A DNA stretch of 39,375 bases from Cyanophora paradoxa CCMP329 (Eukaryota > Plantae > Glaucophyta): NCBI GenBank assembly GCA_004431415.1, contig QPMI01000608.1, positions 1-39,375 on the forward strand, in the 5' to 3' direction. Made by a program: the position numbers and the translations under genes. Below the pieces are notes generated by a model. It was not told the DNA's origin and made no database searches. It was given only the letters and a program-made list of their open reading frames with translations. Shown here in pieces: positions 11,001-17,710 of this stretch. How positions within the stretch are numbered: the first letter of the stretch is position 1; each line of letters begins with the position of its first letter.

Positions 11001-13530
11001 ATCAGGTGGCGCCTTAGAAGTCAATCAGAGGATGGCGGCGAAAAACTTACACAATACAACCCTTTCAGGTGTCGTTACAGATGATTACCTAACCAATAAA
11101 GGATATCTTACGACCGCGGATTTAAGCAGTTACACAACGGATGCAGAATTAACAACGGCTCTTGCGAATTATTTACCTCTTACAGGTGGGACAGTTAATG
11201 GAACTGTAAACGCTACTAGTCTACAAATTGGTGGAAACACAATTCCAAAAGGATATGATTTCGATCAATTAGATGTAGTATCAACAGATAGAAGCGCAAA
11301 TAATTGGAATTTGAATTGGTCACCAAGAACAGGACAAACAGGATGTTATACTACACCAGCAAATGATGAAGATTGCAGCGGTTGTTGGATGCGTTGGACA
11401 ATTCCAGAAGGTATGAAATCATTTTATATTCAGCATATGCCTTGGTATAATGGCAGATATTTTGATATCTATGGTCAGACTCTCAATAACAATCAGCATT
11501 TCTTAAAACGTGTAAACGATTATCAAGGAATACAGTCAGTAAATCATGATGGGACAAATAATACTATCTTGTTTGTATCAATTAATTGCGAGTTTTACAA
11601 GTATATTTATGTTCAAGGGCGAATAGGTCGCATTCATCTTACAGGGGTTTTCGGTTGGAGCAGACAGAGGGCAACAGATAATGATGTTGGTTTAGTTCAT
11701 TATGATAATATTGCTTTCAAACCAGATGTAGGCAAATATACAGAGTTTGATGTTGTGAGTGGTTACAATAGCGCAGGTGTTGAATTTGTAGGGTCTTGGG
11801 ACACGAATTGGAAACCTACATCAGATAACCCGGTTGCAGGATTTTACAGCATTGTAACTGATGATGAAACCAGCGGTGACTATATGCAGATCTTAGTTCC
11901 AACAGGAATGAAAACTTGTCACGTCCAATATTTCTGTTGGACGAATTGTAGATATTTTGATATAGGAGGTTATCGAAACAATAGATGGAATCACATTATG
12001 AGAGTGAATACTTATCAAAATGCAGGAAATACATATGCAGATTCACTTTGGCATGAAGGTTTAACATGGACTTCATTCTTTTGTGGGAATTTCTCATATA
12101 TTAGATTTGTTGCGAGAAAAGGGCGTTGTCATATTGGAATGCTTGGATGGACAAAAGAGGTAGGAAGAACAGCACCAGCAAATGGTATGATAAGTTGGGA
12201 TAATGTTTATAGCAAACCGTCATTTTATTCAGCCGCAGACCTTCCACAAACAGCGACATGGCCAACAAATACATGGTTAAAATCAACCGACACTGTTCCG
12301 CGAATTTGGTTTGGAAATGGTGATTGCACATATATTCGAGGTTATGGAAATGGTGCTGGTGTTTCAATTGAATTCAGAGACTCAGCAGATGGAGCAATAT
12401 TAAAGTCTTATAACAATGGTAACTTTTGGGTGAAAAACACTATTACAGCACCCACTATTAATGCTACTACCAAACTCCAAATAAATGGTAATGATATCCC
12501 AAAGTTTCACACAGCAGATAAAACAGTAGGAGGTATTGAATTTAATAGATGTTCTTATAACGATTGGGAGTGGGCGTGGAGTTCAGCATGGGATCCATCT
12601 TATAATTATGGTTCTTACGTTTATAATAAGCAATCGGATGATCAAACTTCTACCGCTTGGATTGACTTCGATATTCCAGAAGGATATCACACAGGAACAG
12701 CGTTTTTAACTTATTTACCTTGGGTTAGCTCACGACTTTTTGAAATTTGGGGAGTGAATCGACAAGGAAATGAAGTTTTTATAACATCAGTGAATAGTTA
12801 TCAACCATACTCCACATCTCCTGAAGGTAACCACAGTGGTTTAAATAATGTTCCTATACATCTTGGTAATCGATTCCTCACAATTCGGATTAGACCAAAG
12901 ATTGGAAGAGTTCACATTATGGGTATAAGTTACATGAAAATTTGGGTAGGAAATAGTTATGGTGGTCACACCGGCTATATTCATTGGAATAATGTTTATA
13001 GTAAACCAAATATCTTAACAGGAGCTGTGGAAACTTGGTTTAATTCCAGTGATGGATATAATCGAATTCATTTCGGTAACAATGGTTCTACATATTTGAA
13101 AGGAAGGGGAGATTATCCAATAAGATTTCGAAATGAATTAGATTCTGATATTTGTTGGATCGATCATAACGGGCGGATGTGGATAAACAATTATTTAACA
13201 CAAGGAAGTGACAGAAGATACAAAACAGATATTAAAAAGATAACCGGCGCTCTTTCAGCAATCGAAAAATTAGAAGGAGTGAGTTTTAAACGAATTGGGA
13301 GTGAAAAAGACGGAACAAAATTAGGTTTAATTGCGCAAGATGTAGAAAAGGTAATACCAGAAATTGTAAGTGTCACAAAAGAAGATGGTTACCTTTCTCT
13401 CGAATACACGGGTTTAATTCCAGTTCTCATAGAAGCCGTTAAAGAGTTATCTAAGAAATGCAAAGATTTAACACAAACATGTGAAAATCTCCAAAGTCAA
13501 ATAGATCAAATTAAAAATGTCACAGTATAA
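8065..13530 (+). CDS. Giant fibre / receptor-binding protein with C-terminal intramolecular chaperone (Peptidase_S74), 1821 aa
   Basis: HxHxW..I..KP phage-tail repeats, two YL..TGGT..G.(L/V) shaft motifs and three repeated beta-rich domains. GSDRRYKTDIKKI..AL..IEKLEGVSF..GLIAQDVEKVIPEIV..LEY.GLIPVLIEAVKEL plus a terminal coiled coil. Confidence 0.9.
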   Translation: MSFNYPPNLETIQDDNASSTKHVNFDNIKVKGSVSIDHSSDNSSKTQSREHALSVNQTDPDKEDVSVAFSLGNVKANQVAEIKATRRRPRKLKTSGTHPDIPSRFDSGRLIFNVQDEQGKQNTALRIYNEGSTAKAEVPQVLQVGPIANTNQVSYTNDVYPKDITYDFARNEPFGFFTPKDVHQKKPSITINSSPSQPVAIHLHPDLVEMDRHLLPLYSNVKDLGIRTRQWRNIHGSNVYANGEKLVSEKTLREIIEHYGPNGPTVPFPIPFPNGPPDLTPKKQPGREYTATEDVAFGQHIVSWEQVRNKPIIEPRKQIDEQYLPPEVDILELDEYQFVPDEEEYLPDGFDPQEYEYDQFDPNEEEILPDGLDPQEFEYEQNYEPDEEYLPDGHDPPAVDYEQPYEPHEELLPDGFRPEIWEFFPDYEQINNKPAKYPPEDHNHDWDEILGKPQKYPPEDHRHDWGEIDGIPAEFPPSKHEHTWDEINDQPEFAKVEPLDNLGVSLYQTCNVPERIFLNEHYVHVNGTLANSAMRGPLHIRTLPGSFETPPEPGATIPNIFVSSYMEADIPTDTFRVPTDPATYQNYNAAIQVHVADVSSLDGSRPMIVFSRDKYSYIPIVGTANDNYGRAELAWIKTDYGGVLEANQRMAAKNIHNENISRVVTEDYLTAVVLVNIVTLAMLANYVTKNELALELSKYLLKTGGTITGDLTVTSNLYTSNLYASNITVDFLTVTSNANLPHHPTSNVVEGWIRNHTHTKDQILDFDHTHAWSNIVDKPLTFPPDDHTHAWSNIFDRPLTFPPDIHTHDYTQITNCNHRHPWNEIDEQPVFAQLNAIGNVFNGVTLYQSSNTPERLYLNDHYVSLNGTFTGQTGTPMEGTLAVRLPRDPIVNGVYDGDFNVGVNDTFPSIYVTNYHPGETGQVADFSAAIQINVTDQSAYDGARPKIVFTREKVVNYLPVAGQPTDDHGKCEMAWIKTTSGGALEVNQRMAAKNLHNTTLSGVVTDDYLTNKGYLTTADLSSYTTDAELTTALANYLPLTGGTVNGTVNATSLQIGGNTIPKGYDFDQLDVVSTDRSANNWNLNWSPRTGQTGCYTTPANDEDCSGCWMRWTIPEGMKSFYIQHMPWYNGRYFDIYGQTLNNNQHFLKRVNDYQGIQSVNHDGTNNTILFVSINCEFYKYIYVQGRIGRIHLTGVFGWSRQRATDNDVGLVHYDNIAFKPDVGKYTEFDVVSGYNSAGVEFVGSWDTNWKPTSDNPVAGFYSIVTDDETSGDYMQILVPTGMKTCHVQYFCWTNCRYFDIGGYRNNRWNHIMRVNTYQNAGNTYADSLWHEGLTWTSFFCGNFSYIRFVARKGRCHIGMLGWTKEVGRTAPANGMISWDNVYSKPSFYSAADLPQTATWPTNTWLKSTDTVPRIWFGNGDCTYIRGYGNGAGVSIEFRDSADGAILKSYNNGNFWVKNTITAPTINATTKLQINGNDIPKFHTADKTVGGIEFNRCSYNDWEWAWSSAWDPSYNYGSYVYNKQSDDQTSTAWIDFDIPEGYHTGTAFLTYLPWVSSRLFEIWGVNRQGNEVFITSVNSYQPYSTSPEGNHSGLNNVPIHLGNRFLTIRIRPKIGRVHIMGISYMKIWVGNSYGGHTGYIHWNNVYSKPNILTGAVETWFNSSDGYNRIHFGNNGSTYLKGRGDYPIRFRNELDSDICWIDHNGRMWINNYLTQGSDRRYKTDIKKITGALSAIEKLEGVSFKRIGSEKDGTKLGLIAQDVEKVIPEIVSVTKEDGYLSLEYTGLIPVLIEAVKELSKKCKDLTQTCENLQSQIDQIKNVTV

Positions 13531-13533
13531 TAA

Positions 13534-13842
13534 ATGGCGACCTATCCACTTGGTGGATCTCCTTCTACTACTTCTGAGCCTGTTGCTCTTGCATTCGATA
13601 CTATCAAACTTGTAGCCGCACTACAAAATGTCGAAAAAACGATTCAGCAAACTAACAAGCTCTCACCAGTTGTAAATGAGTATAAAAACCTCTTGGTTAA
13701 TGTCCTTGCTCAAGCTGCATATGGTGACCCTGTTGCTAAATACAATGAGTGTGATAACAACATTAAAGCAATGACATCCAACCTGCAAGTTCTTTCAACT
13801 GTTTACCAATCCCTTGGATCGAATTTAATCACTTTGGCTTGA
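13534..13842 (+). CDS. Hypothetical helical protein, 102 aa
   Basis: Intact ORF starting 3 nt after the fibre stop (TAATAAATG), with amphipathic composition. Confidence 0.7.
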   Translation: MATYPLGGSPSTTSEPVALAFDTIKLVAALQNVEKTIQQTNKLSPVVNEYKNLLVNVLAQAAYGDPVAKYNECDNNIKAMTSNLQVLSTVYQSLGSNLITLA

Positions 13843-13881
13843 TGGTAGTTTATTTTTCTTTCCTTCTTAGTAAAAGAAGCA

Positions 13882-14736
13882 ATGGGTGAATATAATCGAG
13901 TTCAACTGCCTATATATTCCCTTGGATCCCCTGCAATGCATTTTCGCCAGCATGAAGTAAATGATGAGGTTCGTGGTTTAGAATCCACAGAGAGACCCAA
14001 CTCCAATGGCAACTCCTTTGATAAAAATTCGATTATTCGAGTTAAAGAGCTGAGAGCTGATAAGAATTCTGGTGTGGTTAAAACAACTCGACTTCTTGTC
14101 ACAAATGCTAACTTCTTTCAGCCTACTAATGGAGGTCCTGATGCTTACAGTGTTGATCTGAAAGCCCTTGATTATGATAAAAACACTGCTGCTGTAACTG
14201 TGAGATCAGGAGGAGCATTTATTGGTGGTGGCTGCAGAGTTTCAGGTCAGCTATCTTCATCTGTTTCCTACAATGATGTCCCAGATACTCTCGAACAAAA
14301 TGTGGAGAACCCACAACGAATTCGTTTCTACACACCTGTTGCACAGCAACCTTTTTTGCATTTCTATGTTGCATCCTCTGTAACTCTTGAGAATTCGGAA
14401 TTAGTTTCCATTACAGGAACTGATCGAGTAAGAAGAAATATTCCTCTTCCCACTGCAATGCTTTCCATGTGTAGAGCCAATAATAATCAACCAGGACACA
14501 ACTACTTATTCTTTGTTCAAGCTTCGAACCATTTTGGCAGAGGATATTGTGTTTATAACAATTTGACATTTACCTATGATCTGTTTGTCACTGAGGTTGG
14601 AGTATACAATACTATGATTATGGGACTGAGAACAGATATAGCAGCTGTATCAGCACTTCGTGGGGTAAATGTTGCTGATATATTCACAACAGGATTTTAC
14701 CAAGAATTAGATGTAATTGATGACCCAACCCCATAA
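13882..14736 (+). CDS. Putative structural / fibre-like protein, paralogue A (284 aa)
   Basis: Intact ORF preceded by AGTAAAAG. Shares GL.STE, ELR.DKN.G.VKTT.LLVTNANF and SGGA.IG.G.RV.G with the next gene. Confidence 0.75.
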   Translation: MGEYNRVQLPIYSLGSPAMHFRQHEVNDEVRGLESTERPNSNGNSFDKNSIIRVKELRADKNSGVVKTTRLLVTNANFFQPTNGGPDAYSVDLKALDYDKNTAAVTVRSGGAFIGGGCRVSGQLSSSVSYNDVPDTLEQNVENPQRIRFYTPVAQQPFLHFYVASSVTLENSELVSITGTDRVRRNIPLPTAMLSMCRANNNQPGHNYLFFVQASNHFGRGYCVYNNLTFTYDLFVTEVGVYNTMIMGLRTDIAAVSALRGVNVADIFTTGFYQELDVIDDPTP

Positions 14737-14759
14737 AAGATATATCCCTTTAATGTAAA

Positions 14760-15593
14760 ATGGCTGAGCAACCCCCACTTGAACGAATTATTACACCTCA
14801 GCTATCATTAGCTGCACCAGCAAACCATGTTCTGCAGCATGCTACTTTTGATGATGTTGAGGGACTGCAGTCCACAGAGGTCCAACCTACAATGAATACA
14901 TTTGGTTCCACCCACAAGCTGAGATTACAGGAACTCAGATGTGATAAAAATAATGGAATAGTTAAGACAACTAAGCTACTTGTGACAAATGCAAACTTTT
15001 CTGCTCATTATGGAGACCCAGATAGCTATGGAGATCCTCTTTCTACTTATTCTTTTGAATCTAGGTCGGGAGCTATTAACTGCAAATCGGGGGGAGCTTA
15101 TATTGGTGATGGTCTTAGGGTTGGTGGGGCTGTTGGAGCGCCTCTATTTGTGAATGATCAACCCAATCCCATTGATCCCAACACAAGAATTCGAACCTAT
15201 GTCCCCAGCATGAATGCCCCCTATATAATAAAAATATTCCCAATTGTTGTGAATGAACAAACAGCAGTAGTAGACTCTCTTGTTGAGATTGGTGACCACT
15301 ACAAGGTTGTTGTGGATATTCCACCAGATGTATATGCTCTTTGTCAAGTAGAGGGTGGAACTCCTAATTTTGCTGTTGTGATCACCCCATATGATAATTT
15401 TGGAATTGCTTATCATGGAGTCAATTTCGGTTTAGAAGATTACCAGTTCTTAGTGAGAGCCACCAAGTTTGGTATCTACAAGTGTGTATTATATGCTGAG
15501 AGAACCGATTTTATTGCAAGGCAGAATACCTATGCTGAATACTATGGCACAAATCGATATTTCCCCATTTTTGGGCAGGATACTGCTCCATAA
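14760..15593 (+). CDS. Putative structural / fibre-like protein, paralogue B (277 aa)
   Basis: Intact ORF and tandem paralogue of 13882-14736, with a conserved N-terminal half and a diverged C-terminal half. Confidence 0.75.
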   Translation: MAEQPPLERIITPQLSLAAPANHVLQHATFDDVEGLQSTEVQPTMNTFGSTHKLRLQELRCDKNNGIVKTTKLLVTNANFSAHYGDPDSYGDPLSTYSFESRSGAINCKSGGAYIGDGLRVGGAVGAPLFVNDQPNPIDPNTRIRTYVPSMNAPYIIKIFPIVVNEQTAVVDSLVEIGDHYKVVVDIPPDVYALCQVEGGTPNFAVVITPYDNFGIAYHGVNFGLEDYQFLVRATKFGIYKCVLYAERTDFIARQNTYAEYYGTNRYFPIFGQDTAP

Positions 15594-15615
15594 GAATGTT
15601 GATTATATATAGAGT

Positions 15616-15888
15616 ATGGATAGTAAAACAAAAAAGTTTATTGATGCTGCTATGACAGTTCATGGTAAAGATAAATTCGATTACAGTGAGACACATTACA
15701 TCAAAGCTCAAGAGAAAGTATCTGTTAGATGTTTGCAGTGTAACAAGGTGATCCTTACCTATCCCTTTAATCATGTGAAGGGATCAGGTTGTAGGGACTG
15801 TAATAAAAGAAAAAGTCAAGCACATAGGAAAAGGGCTACTTCATCAATTAGAGTAGAGTATAGGGATATTTGCATTAGGTTTGACTAG
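15616..15888 (+). CDS. Small Zn-ribbon protein (DUF723-like), 90 aa
   Basis: FI..A..VHG..FDYS...Y......V.V.C..C......P.NH..G.GC..C pattern, as in repeats associated with viral homing endonucleases. No nuclease domain follows. Confidence 0.7.
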   Translation: MDSKTKKFIDAAMTVHGKDKFDYSETHYIKAQEKVSVRCLQCNKVILTYPFNHVKGSGCRDCNKRKSQAHRKRATSSIRVEYRDICIRFD

Positions 15889-15911
15889 TTAATTTTTCTA
15901 AGGTATTCTTA

Positions 15912-16310
15912 ATGGAGACTAAACACAGAGGCTTTCATGTTATGCTTGATTACAAGGCTAAATCAGCTATAGCAACAGGTTATGAGCATGTGAGCTTCCT
16001 AGGTAATTGGATTATGGGAACCCTTGAACAAGCAATATTGAGACAAGGTATTAGGATTGTTCATAAACACTGTGAGATATTTGATGGCAAACTATCACCT
16101 CCTGGTTTTGCATTGGTTCTGCTATTAGATGAAAGCCATTGTACAGCTCATTGTTATTCCAATGAAGGCATGTTAGCAATTGATATATTCAGTTGTGGTA
16201 AAGAAGCTCAGCATAAAACACAATCAGTAGCAGATGAGATCGATAAAACAATGAATTTCCTCACATTTGAGAAGACTGAGAGACATAAACATGATAGATT
16301 CCCGTTTTGA
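15912..16310 (+). CDS. speD: Prokaryotic-type S-adenosylmethionine decarboxylase proenzyme homologue, 132 aa
   Basis: G.HVMLD at the N-terminus, PPGFALVLLLDESHCTAHCY (E-S-H pyruvoyl self-cleavage site) and AIDIFSCG. Confidence 0.88.
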   Translation: METKHRGFHVMLDYKAKSAIATGYEHVSFLGNWIMGTLEQAILRQGIRIVHKHCEIFDGKLSPPGFALVLLLDESHCTAHCYSNEGMLAIDIFSCGKEAQHKTQSVADEIDKTMNFLTFEKTERHKHDRFPF

Positions 16311-16713
16311 TGGGTTTCTATAATGATAAACAGGGTAATTTACCTTTTTTATTACAATGGCAATCGTTAAAAAAGGATATAATATATCCTTTCCTACAAT
16401 AGCTTTCTACAATGATTTTCTTTCTACAGTAGCTTTTGTTACAATAGAATTCTACTGTATGATGTAGCCAAAATATGAATGCATCCTAAACCTACAAATG
16501 TAAGATTTCGAATACTATTCGATTTCATTACAGTAAAACTCAACATTCCCCTTGATTCCCCCTATTATAATTAAAGTGGACTCAAGGTTGACTCATATTA
16601 ATCGTAAAAGTAGTAAAAGTATATGGATTTTGTTACGAATTCAATGGGAGGGTTGACTAAGTGGGTTGAGTTGACTCAAATTTCACAGGAAATAACAATG
16701 AATCAGAGTATAA

Positions 16714-17182
16714 ATGCATTTTTTGAATCAACTACACCAACTAACACTGAGATTTTACCAATATATGAGGTCCTTACTGAATATGGTTTGTGTGACAGGT
16801 GTGACAGGTCTATCCCAAACTTTTCTATAGCATAAAAATGAACTCTCAAAAGTTTGGGATGGACCTGTCACACCTGTCACACTCGATTATTTCATTTGTT
16901 TATTCAAGTAGAATTACATAGATAAACTTCTTACTTATTGTTACTGAGTTTTTCATTATAAAAGAGATCCTTACTAAATATGGTTTGTGTGACAGGTGTG
17001 ACAGGATGCATTTTGTGAATCAACTACACCAACTAACACTGAGATTTTAACAATATATGAGGTCCTTACTGAATATGGTATGTGTGACAGGTGTGACAGG
17101 TCTATCCCAAACTTTTCTATAACATAAAAATGAACTATCAAAAGTTTGGGATAGACCTGTCACACCTGTCACACCCAATTAT
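16714..17182. repeat. Two ~170-bp direct repeats (period 292 bp), each ending in a 35-bp iteron palindrome, plus a half unit
   Basis: 16714-16882 matches 17006-17174. Stems are 16790-16824/16848-16882 (1 mismatch) and 17082-17116/17140-17174 (perfect), with 23-nt loops. A half unit lies at 16968-17005. Confidence 0.95.
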
Positions 17183-17425
17183 TTCAAAAATCCTAAGGGT
17201 CCCCCCTTAGAATCATTAAAACATGATAAAAACATATAAGTTTCATGTATAATTACGATTGGATTCAATAAGAGATCGATTTGTTTTATTTAACAAATGA
17301 ATCATTTATGGATCTTAATCGAGTTTAGCGATATATTTCCGATTAAATGAATTAAATTTAATTAAATTTAATCGAGAAAGTACATGAATATAATATCGAT
17401 TAAATCAATTAACAAACAGACCAAT

Positions 17426-17710
17426 CACACATAGTAAAATGCGGAGTTTTAACCAGAGGCAAGATCTAATTGAGATTCAGTTATATTATTCGGAAATATA
17501 TACAGATTATCGATAGACTCAGTAAGACTAATCGGAAAATAAGAGAAATTTACGATAAAATATCGAAAAGAATACAAAATAAACGAAATAAATGAATATT
17601 CGATAAGATATACACAGATTAACGATTGATTGAAATAGAATATACGAGATATATCAACAAAATCAATTAAGATAAGCCGAGGGTTAAAACTCCGCATTTT
17701 ACTATGTGTG
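17426..17710. repeat. Perfect 29-bp inverted repeat marking the element terminus
   Basis: CACACATAGTAAAATGCGGAGTTTTAACC (17426-17454) and its exact reverse complement (17682-17710), with a 227-bp AT-rich spacer. Host-like DNA begins at 17711. Confidence 0.95.

Larger units (their letters stand above)
1..17710. mobile_element. Endogenous dsDNA virus (Polinton-like / small NCLDV-related provirus), right part; left end outside the window
   Basis: AT-rich, intronless, tightly packed ORFs encoding helicase, packaging ATPase, DJR capsid, pentons and fibre. Abrupt switch to GC-rich intron-containing DNA right after ...ACTATGTGTG at 17710. Confidence 0.92.

Noticed and set aside
11225-13010. Diversity-generating retroelement acting on the fibre repeats
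   Set aside because: The repeats are diverged at all positions rather than only at adenines, and no reverse transcriptase or template repeat is present.
16714-17182. Repeat-spacer appearance suggesting a CRISPR array
   Set aside because: Only two and a half units, the loops are near-identical rather than unique spacers, and there are no cas genes.
17426-17710. Independent MITE or Transib-like element with CAC...GTG ends
   Set aside because: No target-site duplication, and its outer edge coincides with the virus-host boundary. It is treated as the viral terminus, though not fully excluded.
1-17710. Bacteriophage or bacterial contamination, suggested by the S74 fibre and speD
   Set aside because: The capsid, pentons and ATPase are of eukaryotic DJR-virus type, there are no consistent Shine-Dalgarno motifs, and the junction falls in a eukaryotic intron.
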